A stretch of DNA of 64,000 nt from Eledone cirrhosa (lineage: Eukaryota): the NCBI GenBank assembly GCA_964016885.1, contig OZ024741.1, positions 212,474,001 through 212,538,000 on the forward strand. Direction: 5' to 3'. Position 1 is the first letter of the stretch; each line of letters opens with the position of its first letter. A model generated the notes under the pieces. It was not told the DNA's origin, ran no database searches, and saw nothing but the letters and a program-made list of their open reading frames with translations. Shown here piece after piece: positions 24,783 through 37,759 of the stretch. Both the position numbers and the translations under genes were made by a program.

Positions 24783-25045
24783 ATTAAAGCTGGAAAACTG
24801 GGAGAGGGCACTTGCCCTGGTGGTCAGGGTCACTGTGGCCTTTTAATAGGCTTTCTCCACAAATGTCCCTCGGAAGTATCCCCCCTATTGGGGAATTTTT
24901 CATTTTCACTTTTTATTACATCCTCTGTTTTTTTTTACACGTAGAAATGCCCATTTGTACCGTCCTGTATTGTCCTGTACTGTCCTTAATGTCTACTTTA
25001 TGTAAACCCTTGTGGTTAATAAAGAAATCATTATTATTATTATTA

Positions 25046-25078
<33 letters not shown>

Positions 25079-25079
<1 letters not shown>

Positions 25080-27296
25080 AGTTGCATTTATCTTGCTTTA
25101 TGTTCATACGAGTTATCACCAAGTCACAACCAGTGACCTCAAGAGACAACAAGGTCCGCCATGTTCAAGGAAGAACATACATACTCACACATGCATCTTT
25201 AGTGTTTAGACTTGTGATGTACTTATATTGACAGAATCTTCCTTAGTATATGGGCAGTTCCCATTAGTACTATCTTTTGTATTTCTCCTATACGCGGGTT
25301 TCCTGGGATCTGCGATAAGTAATCATTAGACCCCTTAGGTATCATTCCCAGAGCGCCTACAACCACTGGTATTGTTTTAGTTCTCAATTTCCACATTTTT
25401 CCAATTTCTATCTCCAGGTCCTTATACTTGCTCAATTTTTGAAATGTTTTTATAGATACATTCTTGTCTATTGGAACAGACATATCAATTAGCAGGCATA
25501 CCCTCTTTTTAAAGTCCTTCAATATTATATCAGGTGTATTTGCATCTATTTTTCGGTCTGTTTGGATGCTAAAGTTCCACAAGATTGAGATGTGATCTTT
25601 TTCAAGTATGGGAGGTGGTTGATACTCCCACCAATTCTTTTGATGGGGCAGGTCAAAATGCTTACACATTATCCAATGTATGTATTGTGCAGCTCTGTCA
25701 TGCCTGTTTAGGTATTCGGTTGGAGCTATAGGACTGCACATTGAAATTATATGGTCAATGGTCTCTGGTTGTTTTTTGCATACACGGCATAATGGGCTGC
25801 ATCCATTTTTTATTATGTTGGCTTGGTAATTTTTTGTTGGCAGACACTGATCTTGTGCTGATATAATCAGTCCTTCAGTCTCCGATTTCAGTCCAGAGGA
25901 TGCCAACCACTGATGGGTTAAAGTTTTGTCAACATCAGGATTGTTAGCTCGCTCTGGGTATTTTCTTGCCATTTCTTAGCCAGTTTCTGTAGCAGTTCTT
26001 TCTTTGCAGTTACTTTTACCTGCTTTGCTTTTTCTGTGTTTTCCATTTCAACAGTAAATGGGACTTCTGAAATTTGTAGTCCAATACTGTATCTTTGTGC
26101 ATCTTTTGTAATGGAATATGATCTTTTGATGCTTTCGTGTTTCAAAACGAGTTTGATCATCCAATCATGTGATTCCCTTAGATATGTAGATAATCCAATT
26201 GTTGCAGTTTTTAACGCAATGTCTAACTGGATTAACCCACGTCCTCCTTCTTTCCTAGGGAGATATATTCTATCTATATCTGCCTTAGGGTGATGCATTC
26301 TGTGCATGGTTAAGCATTTTCGAATTTTTGTATCGAGCCTACGGATCTCTGTGCTTGACCAGTTGATGACATTGTAACTGTAGGTTACTACTGGTATGGC
26401 AAGCGTGTTTATGGCATCGATCCTATTCCTTGCATTCAATTCCGTTCTTAAGATTGCTCTTACTCTGCGGTAACATTCCTTCCTTATCCTTTACCTCATT
26501 GTCGAGTGCTTGATTCCGTCTCCTTCACAAACACCTAGATATTTGTAAGTTTTGCTTGATCAAGTTCTCTTATCACGTTCCCCCGATCAAGATTAATGTC
26601 TGAACTCTTCAGCAGCTTTCCTCTGGTGAACGTTGCTTTGGCGCATTTATCTAGTCCAAACTCCATTTTAATGTCATCACTGAACTGCTCCACAGTGGAT
26701 AATAGCCCTTGCAATTGTTCATCATTTTTTGCAAATAGTTTCAGGTCATCCATGTAAAACAGGTAATTAATGGTTTTGTCATAGACTTTATATCCATGTT
26801 TTGTTTCATTGAGCATTTTACTTAATGGTATAAGTGCGATGCAGAATAAAAGCGGTGATAAAGAGTCACCCTGAAAAATTCCACAATTAATATTAACTTC
26901 TCCAGCTTCCAGTGATTTTGTTTCACTATTCAAAAGGAGTGTCGTTTTCCATGTCTTCATACTGAATGACAAAAACCTCCTGACGACGGGGGATATTTTG
27001 AAAATCTCTAAACATTTTTCAATCCAACTGTGTGGCAAACTATCGAATGCTTTTTTATAATCTATCCAAGCAATCGATAGATTTTTGTGTCTATTATGAC
27101 AATCTTCCAGTATCATTTTGTTAACCAGAAGCTGATCCTTACAGCCATATGAGCCTCGTTTACACCCTTTCTGCTCAATGGGAAATAGGTCATTTGTTAT
27201 CAGGTGGTCATATGTGTATTCAGTTAGGACTGATGTTAAAATTGTATACATTGTGGTCAAGCAAGTTATCAGTCTGTAATTTTGGGGATTGTTTGT

Positions 27297-27299
<3 letters not shown>
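25079..27299 (-). mobile_element. 5'-truncated R4/Dong-like non-LTR retrotransposon flanked by (TAA)n
   Basis: RT and restriction-like endonuclease coding region, ~140 bp 3'UTR, (TAA)n at both ends; Dong elements are known to target TAA repeats. Confidence 0.85.
25223..27297 (-). pseudogene. RT plus CCHC plus restriction-like endonuclease ORF, frameshifted
   Basis: NYRLITCL, IDYKKAFDS, GIFQGDSLSP, YMDD; CRVC..ETIDHIISMC, RHD, PDII..D..IDMSVP..K..KY. Confidence 0.9.
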
Positions 27300-27346
<47 letters not shown>

Positions 27347-27347
<1 letters not shown>

Positions 27348-27745
27348 GTTACATTTATCTTGCTTTATGTTCATACGAGTTATCACCAAGTCGCAACCAG
27401 TGACCTCAAGAGACAACAAGGTCCGCCGTGTTAAAAAAAGAACATACATACACACACATGCATCTTTAAATGTACTTCTGATGTACTTTTATTGACAGAA
27501 TCTTCCTTAGTATATGGGCAGTTCCCATTAGTACTATCTTTTGTATTTCTCCTAAACGCGGGTTTCCTGGGATTTGCGATAAGTAATCATTAGACCCCTT
27601 AGGTATCATTCCTAGAGCGCCTACAACCACTGGTATTGTTTTAGTTCTCAATTTCCATATTTTCCCAATTTCTATCTCCAGGTCCTTATACTTGCTCAAT
27701 TTTTCAAATGTTTTTATAGATACATTCTTGTCTATTGGAACAATA
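27347..27745 (-). mobile_element. Second R4/Dong-like copy (3' ~400 bp), head-to-tail with the first
   Basis: Nearly identical to 25079-25478; separated from it by (TAA)n at 27300-27346. Confidence 0.88.
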
Positions 27746-28307
27746 CAGAGGAACAAAGCAACAACACACGCACACACACACACACTCAAGCGCCACAACA
27801 ACACACGCACACACACACACTCAGTAACATTCACGATACAGGCAGAGAATACTATGGACTGACAGCTAGCGCCACCTCACTCCCACAATTGAAAGAACTA
27901 TTTCGGCCGCTGACGTCTGCTTGACCGACTCCATTTCATGCGCACGCGCGCTCTGCTGAATACCTCAGATATTCAAAACAACGAACAGCGGAGGACACGT
28001 GTTTCGCACCTTTCCGACAGACAATCTCCCCTCCCCCCGGAAAAAAATCCCAGTTGATGGATGTGAATCCGAAATATATAGGGACAATTATATCTCTCCC
28101 AAGGTAACTCTATCTCGTTTTATTATTTTTATTTTTATTTCATCCATTACGTTCTTTCCTACATTCTTCTACACGCTACAGTCTTCTACACGCCACGCAT
28201 CTCAACGTACACCCACTTACATATCTCTCTCCACCACCGGATCTTGTTACCCGGAGATTTACTCATATGCATTGTCGAGAGGCTTCCAAACGACTTAAAG
28301 AAATTTA

Positions 28308-28351
<44 letters not shown>

Positions 28352-28419
28352 GGTGCGGACGGTATTTGAGGACAGATTTATGGTTTATATAATATATATA
28401 TAGTCGTTTTATTTCCAAC

Positions 28420-29218
28420 CTCACCAGTCTCCCAGGCACCAACGGTTCATTCCGTATCCCCCACTCTTTCACCTGCATCTCTACCCACGTTATCTATCCA
28501 CTCCGGCGTTCCCTTTGTTTTTATATATCCGACAAACGGGACGTCGTTTGGCTGACCGTTTTGCTGAACGTTTCAGGGACATACAACTCGGTATTGATAC
28601 TCCCGTCGCCCGTCATTTCCGTAGCCCAGGTCACTCTTTCCTATTTATCTCAGTGCTTGGTGTCCTTTTACATATACTCTTTGAGCTAATACAGACCAAA
28701 GATACGCACACTCCACTTTTCCCTTTACCACTTTCTATACACACAGACACATTCCTTATATTAACATATTTTTGCTCACAGCTTCGTACTTTCAAGCACA
28801 CACACACACTTTTCAACTTAGACGCACATAGCCTCTTAGCTTCATATGGACGTATAATAACACACACGCACACACACACACGCGCACATGTATAACTTTT
28901 TATACAAAACGTATTTTTCCATTTTAGGTTGACGCGCTCCATCACCTACTTTTCTAAAAACTTAGATCATACACACAAAATGTCAGCATCAAGTTTTGCA
29001 AGAGATGACAACATGAATGGACATGTTATTTTTATCTAAAAACATTTTTTTCCGATTCCACGCTGCCCGTCCCTTCAATCTATCTTATTTCTCTTTCTTT
29101 CTTCTGATAAAAAAAACTACCGTCCGAAACGTTAAGACCCTCTTCCTGCTATTTCAAGCGTTAACCTAATATATTTCTTCCATATACTGTACCGATTGTG
29201 TGGTTATTTCTATTTACC

Positions 29219-29230
<12 letters not shown>
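28420..29230 (+). mobile_element. Penelope-like element fragment (Neptune-type GIY-YIG) with degenerate hammerhead at ~29100-29136
   Basis: SFTCISTHVIY..LYIRQTGRRLADRFAERFRDI..PVARHF..PGHS; downstream CTGATAA..CGAAACGTT; another decayed hammerhead-like motif at ~28047-28084. Confidence 0.7.
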
Positions 29231-29260
<30 letters not shown>

Positions 29261-29264
29261 ACAT

Positions 29265-29309
<45 letters not shown>

Positions 29310-29399
29310 TATTAGATATTTTGAGGGTCATGATGCTAATAAAATCACACGTCCCAGTTGACTTTGAATGCAGTTTATTGATAGTTGAGAAATTGAGGG

Positions 29400-29800
29400 A
29401 GGTGGGGCGGATTGACAGTTGTCGATAAAGAATCGCGCAATAAGCTTTGTGGCATAGGGTTATGGCCCTTTACGTTCTGAGTTCAAATCCCATCAAGGTT
29501 AGCTTTACTTTTCATCGTTACGGGGTCGCTAAAATATAACACAACTAAAGCACTGGGGTCGATTTAATCGACTTTCCCATCTCCTCTTCAAATTACTGGC
29601 CTTGTGGCTAAAGTAGAAACCATTATTATTTGAGTAACGGTGGATTGGCAGTATCAGTAGAGAGTCGGACACCATGCTTTGAAGCATAGAGTTACGTCCC
29701 TTTATGATCTGAATTCAAATCCCGCCGAGGTTAACTTTCATCCTTACAGTAATGTACTGAGTATTTGCTGGCCTTGTGCCTAAAAATAGAAACAATTATT
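29400..29800 (+). mobile_element. Two tandem SINE-A copies
   Basis: Family homology; TSD ATTATTATTTGAGTAAC around the second copy. Confidence 0.8.
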
Positions 29801-30089
29801 ATTTGAGTAACTACTCTATTCAACGGTGAGTTAAAATAACCGCGCAAGGTTATTTAATCATTATTTGCCAAATCTTTTTCAAGACGCATCTGTGACCTGG
29901 TCAAGGACGATACCCGCTCATCTGGGTCTCCTCTTTGTCTTTATTTTATTCTATCTACTCCATATTATCTTTTTGAGACACACACATATAGATTTGTGCA
30001 TTCACACATGCACATGCACACACAGGGACATACACACACACGCTCACACTGACATACATACTCATATATAAACATGCGCCCACTCACAG

Positions 30090-30159
<70 letters not shown>

Positions 30160-30356
30160 TTATATATATATATATATACATTTATATATATACACACCTA
30201 CATACATACATATATATATATTCACACATGCACAAGCACACACATGGACATACACACACACATACCACTACTTACAATCGCACACACATAGACATACACC
30301 CACATACCCCCACTCACAATCGCACACACACGCACACGCACACGCACACACACACA

Positions 30357-30458
<102 letters not shown>

Positions 30459-30800
30459 ATGCTTACTCTAAATGTTGAGACCTCTCCCTTAAATTCTATA
30501 ACCATATATGTCTGATACTAACGTTTAAGGTTACAGCGAATACCAAGATAATATTCTCTTATTCTTATCTCTAATTCTCTAATTCTCTAATTCTCTAATT
30601 CTCGTCTCCAGTATAATTTATACGTCTGAACTTATGTATTTTTCTTTTCCATTTCAACAGTTCTATCTTTAAAAACCGATTTATGTGGATGTATGTGTCT
30701 TGCCTGGGTACGTTGAGAAATGGAGAGAGCTTATGTGTGGGGGATATTATATCTTAGTTAAAGGAATGTTTTTAATGTATACATGCATACATACATATAT

Positions 30801-30878
<78 letters not shown>

Positions 30879-30996
30879 GTGTGTGTGTGTGTGTGCATAC
30901 AGAGAGGGGGAGAGAGTGAGAGAGAATGATATTTGCATATCATGTATATATACATATATATATGTATATATACCAACACGGACTCATATATATATA

Positions 30997-31088
<92 letters not shown>

Positions 31089-31670
31089 CAATTTATGTAA
31101 ACGATATACATATATTCATGTGTTGCACGTGTGTCGAGAAATGGAGAATTTGTGAGATAACAACATAGTTGAAGGAATTGTTTTAATGCCAACCCGCACT
31201 TAGTGTAATTTGTAATTAATATAAATGATATGTAACACACACACATACACACACACACTCACCCCCACCTCACACACACAAATACACACACATGTACCTA
31301 TGTATGTATTTTATACATATGTATATAAACGTATTTGTAATTAATATATATGACATGAAATACACACGCAGCCACGCAACCACGCACATACATACACACA
31401 CACATACACACACATATACATTATTGGATACAATGGCTAGACAACGATCATGCTGCGTCACTATTTGAAGCAATTTGGTGGATCGTATTGAACCCCAGTA
31501 CTCACACTTCACTCTGATATATGCTTTATCGATCTCTGTTTGTCAGACTGTTAGGTACAGGTTATAACCAATCAGCTCGGATAGTAGAGCTTCTAAGTGA
31601 TATAATTCAAAAGAGACGCCCTCTCTATCCCCAAAAAACACTCACATACACTCACATATATATATATACA

Positions 31671-31808
31671 TGTTTATCCCTGGTAACCACAGTAAGTAAG
31701 GTACTCAATGCATAGCAGAGTATAAATATTTAATATAGAAATTACTTCTACAGAACTTCCTGACGATTTCTCTCTCCCGAATGAAACAGTTCTAGTCCTG
31801 TAGAAGCC

Positions 31809-31818
<10 letters not shown>
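31671..31818. mobile_element. Short PLE-like insertion with hammerhead-like motif (31752-31806, +) between (TA)n tracts
   Basis: CTGACGA-T TTC..GAA T-GAAAC AGTTCTA GTC; internal inverted repeat TATAGAAAT..CTTCTACAG / CTGTAGAAG..ATTTCTATA. Confidence 0.55.
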
Positions 31819-31852
<34 letters not shown>

Positions 31853-31855
<3 letters not shown>

Positions 31856-32848
31856 TAAATATAGTCCTTCGTCAGAGATCTTCCAACCTTCATTGGTATT
31901 TCATCGCTTTAAAGACGATATACCTCCGGTTGGTGCGAACAACGGCTAAAGAACGTCGTTGGGACACGTAAATAAAGGGAATGAGCGAAACTGTAAACAA
32001 TCAAAGATGATAATGCAACGAAAAGTGAGGAAGAAGGAGTCAAGTCCCTGAAATCGATGAATATAAGTTCTGTGAAATCGTGGACGAGAGAGAATAAAGA
32101 CCATCAAACCTAGTCGAAATCTGAGCAAGGAAAGAATTTCGCACAGGTCAAACGGGAAGAAGAGGGAGTCAAGTCCCTGAATTCGGTGAACATAAGTTCT
32201 GTGAAATCGTAGACGAGAGAGATAAAAGGAACAACCGACCTGGTCAAAGTGTGCGTGAGGAAAGAATTTCGCACAGGTCAAACAGGATGAAGTGAGAGAG
32301 GGAGTAGCAGAGAGTAAGTGAGTGAAAGGTGAGGAAGAGGCTAACAGAGAGAGTGACTGTTAGAGGGGGTAAAGGGAAGTGAGAGATACAGAGAAAGAGG
32401 AAGCAGTAAGAATGAAAAAGACGGGTCACAGCGGAGGAAAATATATGTGTGAATATGAAAACAAGACGTGCTGCGTGGTTGCAAATGGGTTACATATTAA
32501 TAAATTTAGTCCTCCATCAGTGATCTTCCAACCTTCATTGGTATTTCATCGCTTTAAAGACCATATACATCCAGTTGGTGCGAGCAACGGCTAAAGAAAG
32601 TCGTTGGGACACGTAAATAAGGGGAACGAGCGAGACTGTAAACAATCAAAGATGGTAATGCAACGAAAAGTGAGGAAGAAGGAGTCAAGTCCAAGAAGTC
32701 GATGAATATAAGTTCTGTGAAATCGTGGACGACAGCGAATAAAGACCATCAAACCTAGTCGAAATGTGAGCAAGGAAAGAATTTTGCACAGGTCAAACGG
32801 GAAGAAGAGGGAGTCAAGTCCCTGAATTCGGTGAACATAAGTTCTGTG
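31853..32848 (-). repeat. Locally duplicated repeat (31853-32285 and 32500-32848) with internal ~125 bp subrepeats; possible PLE pLTR remnant
   Basis: Direct duplication visible; the minus strand ends CTCTGACGAAGGAC (5' half of a hammerhead core) just before (TA)n. Confidence 0.55.
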
Positions 32849-32863
32849 ATGTGTGTGTGTGTG

Positions 32864-32931
<68 letters not shown>

Positions 32932-33267
32932 AATAAGAACAGAATACACAACCACACACACATTCATATATACAAGGTGTTTCAAAAATGTTGATATCAA
33001 TGGCCTGTTCCCAAAAGCAGACATACACAGCCACACACAAACACATACACAAAAACAGCCATCCCCAACCACAGACATACTCACATGTGTACGCCTGTCT
33101 GTCTATATGACAGAGTTACATTAATTTTACAGTAAACATCTGTCGATTATTACCATCTGAGTATCAAATATAGAGGATTATTTTCACTAATTAATAATAA
33201 AATTTCTAATTTGAAGGATTATAATCTCATAAAAATATATATAGGATTGAAAAAAAAATATTAGCAA

Positions 33268-33600
33268 TACGAGATGGTATCAGAAAATGTCCGGACTAGT
33301 TCTGTAGCGCACTAATAGATGTTAACACACGGTGGTGCATGCTAGTGTTAACCTTCCTGCGCCAGTGTGCCGACTGACATCGCTCTGTTGTGAAATTTGT
33401 TGTTTTTTTGTCATCACGTGTATGGTGTAGCCCGCGCGGTTGTCATGAGCAAGAAGTTGAAATAAAGAACCAACGTGAAATTTTGCGTTCAGCTTGGGAA
33501 GTCTGCTACAGAGATATTGAGTATGCTTCGGCAAGTTTACGCCGAAGTGATATTAGGTTGTACGCTATGTTTCGAGAAGCAAGGCCGCTTCAAAAGCTTA
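33268..33600 (+). mobile_element. mariner left end with transposase N-terminus (pseudogene)
   Basis: TACGAG..CCGGACTAG TIR-like start; ATG at 33445 gives MSKKLK*RTNVKFCVQLGKSATEILSMLRQVY (mariner HTH). Confidence 0.75.
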
Positions 33601-33866
33601 TATTTTTCCTGAATTAGAATATTTGTAACAGCTAATTGCAAATTATGTCGAGCTCGACCAGAAGAAATAAACATAAAATGGAGTATATAAAATGTAATAT
33701 AAATATATATTTAAATGAACACACATAATATACATGTGAAAATATAAAACGCCTATGTGTCTATATGTCACCCTATTTGCATGTCTGTCTCTCTGTTAGA
33801 TATAATATATAAATCATAAAAAATATATTATATATATAAAATAGCATAAAATAGAATATATATATA

Positions 33867-34438
33867 ATTGTTTCTACTTTTGGTACAAGGCCAGCAATTA
33901 CTAAGTACATTACTGGTACTTTATTTTATCGACCCGTAAGGATGAAAGGCAAAGTCAACCTCGGCGGGATTTGAACTCAGATCGTAAAGGGATGTAACTA
34001 TGCTGGAAAGCATGGCGTCCGACTATCTACCGATACTGCCAATCCATATAATATTCATAAAATAGAATATATATATATATATATATAAAATATAATATAA
34101 TATATAAATCAAAAAATATATACAAAAAATATACATTAAAAAAACATGAAATAGAATATATATATTAAAATATATACACATAAAATATATATAATATCTA
34201 TAAAATAGAATATATACAATATAATATATAAATCATAAAATGTAAATAATTGTTTCTACTTTTGGCACAAGGCCAGCAATTATCACAGTGCATTACTGGT
34301 ACTTTATTTGATCGACTTCATAAGGATGAAAGGCAAAATTAACCTCGGCTGGATTTGAACTCAGAACGTAAAGGGTCATAACTCCCTGCTGTAAAGAATG
34401 GTATATGTCGCTCTAGCAATACTGATAATCCACCGCCT
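33867..34438 (-). mobile_element. Two SINE-A copies (33867-34046, 34248-34438) in AT-rich DNA
   Basis: Family homology. Confidence 0.8.
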
Positions 34439-36452
34439 ATAAAATATGTATAATTTAAATAAAATAACGTAAAATTGAATATTTAAAATGAAATAAAATA
34501 AAATAAGAATAGAAAACATTAATCGCTCCCGTGTCTTTGTGGTTAAGGAGTTTCTTTCACAAGGAGATTTCTGTTGTCCTTGGCCCTAGGACGACCTCCC
34601 TACTCACCACCATCGGCAAATAGGTTCCCTACCCGCAGGTGTGAGCTGGAATGGCTCTTCCAGCGCGTCTCCCTCAGGGAGGTGACCAGCGAGAGGGCCC
34701 CATTTGCTTATAACAGTGAGAGATGGGGAGAGCGGGCGAGACGGCGGCATTGACAGTGGGAGTATAGTCCCATTGTGTTCGGACTTGGTGTATATGTATA
34801 TTTATTTACCACACCATATATACATCTTCATTACATATCAAATAATTTTCTGTGAAAAAAAACTACAAAAATCCTATGTAATTTCAAGTCCATTCACTCT
34901 GTTTGGCCCTCTTGGGCAAGTTTATTCATCTGTAGTCTCGGGTTGAACAATCTTTAATGAGTGAAAAATATTGGACGGATGTCCATTGTAACTAACACTC
35001 TGCCTGGTTTCCTGCCTGCTTGTCTCTTGTCTATCTGTCTCTCCACCTGTCTACCTACCGTTCTGTCTCTCTAACTGCCTCTTTGTCTGTATGTCTACCT
35101 GCCGGATTGCGTGTTTGTCTACTTGCGTAACTGCTTTTCTGTCAGTGTCTCGCCATCTATCTCTCTGTTTATCTTTCTGTCTGTCTATCTAAGTGTCCCT
35201 ACTTATTTCTCTGCCTGTCTGCCAGCCTGTCTGCCAGCCTGTCTGCCAGCCTGTCTGCCTATGTCCTCCTACCTATCTCTCTGTTTGTCTGCCAGTCTGC
35301 CTGCCTATGTGTCTATATGTCACCCTATTTGCATGTCTGTCTCTCTGTCTTCTTAATACACTAATTAATAAACATAAGTATCAGGGTCTGTATGATCCAC
35401 TAAATCAATTGGAGACAGTGATCCAGCATGACCGCAGTTTAATTACTGGGAACAGTAAAATAAATTAAAAAAACGTAGAGAACCCATCAAACTCCTGTCT
35501 GACATATCTGATATTCAAGACAACATCTAAAGTCATATGTATCCGATATGTTTTACAGATGCAGTAATAAGAGTTTCTTAGATGTAATACAATTATACAG
35601 ACTTTTAGAACTAGACTGACATTATATGGTAATTGAAATCCCGTCGAGGTTAACTTTGCCTTTCATGCTTACGGGGTCGATAAAATAAAGTACCAGTAAT
35701 GCACTGGGATAATTGCTGGCCTTGTGCCAAAAGTAGAAACAATTATATGGAAATTGGAACATATTACTTTATAAATGAACTCTCTCCCTATGTATATATC
35801 GACATAGACATATGTAACTATTACATAACATAAAGTTATAGTCTGGGTGTTAATGTATCCCATGTATAGGCTTTGGCATTAGAAATATCTCAAGTACTTT
35901 GGTGAGCTGATATTTACTGAAATACAAACATACAGACACACACACATAGAGATATACATACAGACACACATAGAGATATACATATAGACACACACATATA
36001 GAGTTACACATACAGACACACATAGAGATATACATATAAACACACACACATAGAGACACACACACACATAGATATATACATATAGACACACACACATACA
36101 GACACACACACACACACACACAGATATACATATAGACACACACACATAGAGACGCACACACATAGAGATATACATATAGACACACACACATACAGACACA
36201 CACAGATATACATATAGACACACACACATAGGGACACACACACATAGATATATACATATAGGCACACACACATACAGACACACACACAATTATACATATA
36301 GACACACGCATATAGACACACACACACATAGAGATATATATATAGAGACACACACACATAGAGATATACAGACACACACACATATGTAATATAGACACAC
36401 ACACACGCACATATACATATAGACACACACACATAGACACACACACACGAAC

Positions 36453-36590
36453 ATGCTCGCCTATCAAATGATTTACGAGGAGCTCGGCTTCCATAAAGTC
36501 TGTGAGAGATGGGTGCCAAGAGAGCTTACCGCAGAGCACAAGGGAAAACCTATTGAGGCCTGCCAACCTTTACTTGACCGCTGCAACTAT
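36453..36590 (+). pseudogene. mariner transposase internal fragment
   Basis: EELGFHKVCERWVPRELTAEHK (WVPxEL linker motif). Confidence 0.8.
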
Positions 36591-36606
36591 CACCGTATTA
36601 TTTTAT

Positions 36607-36783
36607 TGGCAGTGTCGGTAGAGAGTCGGACGCCATGCTTTACAGCATAGTTACGTCCCTTTACGATCTGAGTTCAAATCCCGCCGAGGTTGACTTTGCC
36701 TTTCATCCTTATGGTCGATAAAATAAAGTACCAGTAATGCACTGGGTAATTGCTGGCCTTGTGCCTAAAGTAGAAACAATTAT
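36607..36783 (+). mobile_element. SINE-A copy (another at ~35625-35746)
   Basis: Family homology; TSD ATTATTTTA. Confidence 0.85.
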
Positions 36784-36961
36784 TTTAAAAGTGTCCGATG
36801 AATTTCAGACCCTGACCCAACTTCTGACCAATGAAATCGGATCACTGCTCTTTGTTCCTTCCTCCAGCGTGCACACTGGTAACGGAGCGGCCATGTTTAT
36901 ACCTTAACAGCAGCAAGAAAACTGGCGCTATCACGCTCAAACTACGATCACGTGACCAAAA

Positions 36962-37759
36962 TAAACTTGATTCGTTGCGAATGATTTTCTTCTTCTTCTT
37001 CTTCTTCTTCTTCTTCTTCTTCTTCTTCTTCTTCTCCCGTTAATTCCTGAGAGGGACAGAGTCCTCAAGCATGCCCTCCGGCGGGTCCTATCAGAAGCAA
37101 CCGTCTCCAACCGATCCGGCTGGATCCCAAAGCGTGAACAGCCAAGCTCATGGATGTTAACCAACCATCTTGCATGAGCAGAAAGCAGTGTGACAAAGAT
37201 CCAGATATACTGTGGCGAAAGTACAGATAATGTTTGAGTTACCTCCGTATATATCGACATAGACATGTGTAATTGTCGCATAACATAAGGTTATAGTCTT
37301 GATGTTAATACATCCCATGTTTAGGTTTTGCCATTAAAAATAACTCAAGTACATTTGCCAGTTGATCTTTAGCCAAATACACACATACAGACACACAGAG
37401 GAACACGCCCCCCCCCCCCCTGTGTGTGTGTGTGTGTGTGTGTTTATAAGGTTTAACAATTGAACGTTTATAAAACATCAACAAAATCATTCGAGATTTT
37501 ACGGGTGAAACTAAGAGGTAGGAGACCCAGGGGTAGAAGACCCCTAGCAAGATGGTTGGATAACATCACGCTTGGGGATCCAGCCGGATCAGTTGGAGAC
37601 GGTTGCTTCTGATAGGACCCGCTGGAGGGCATGTTTGAGGACTCTGCCCCTCTCAAGAAGAAGAAGAAGAAGAAGAAGAAGAAGAAGAAGAAGAAGAAGA
37701 AGAAGAAGAAGAAGAAGAAGAAGAAGAAGAAGAAAATCATTCGCAACGAATCAAGTTTA
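36962..37759. repeat. Inverted pair of RTE-like 3' ends with (GAA)n tails (36962-37130 -, 37575-37759 +)
   Basis: GIQPDQLETVASDRTRWRA resembles RTE C-termini; both copies are followed by (GAA)n and AATCATTCGCAACGAATCAAGTTTA. Confidence 0.65.

Larger units (their letters stand above)
18981..25030 (+). mobile_element. Full-length, decayed Tx1/L1-clade LINE in a (TTA)n tract
   Basis: 5'UTR, ORF1 with zinc knuckle, ORF2 with APE, RT and Cys motif, 3'UTR ending AATAAAGAAATC(ATT)n; ATT repeats on both flanks. Confidence 0.9.

Noticed and set aside
26535-27455. ORF with a poly-Asn N-terminus fused to RT
   Set aside because: Chance read-through from the second element's 3'UTR across (TAA)n into a 5'-truncated RT.
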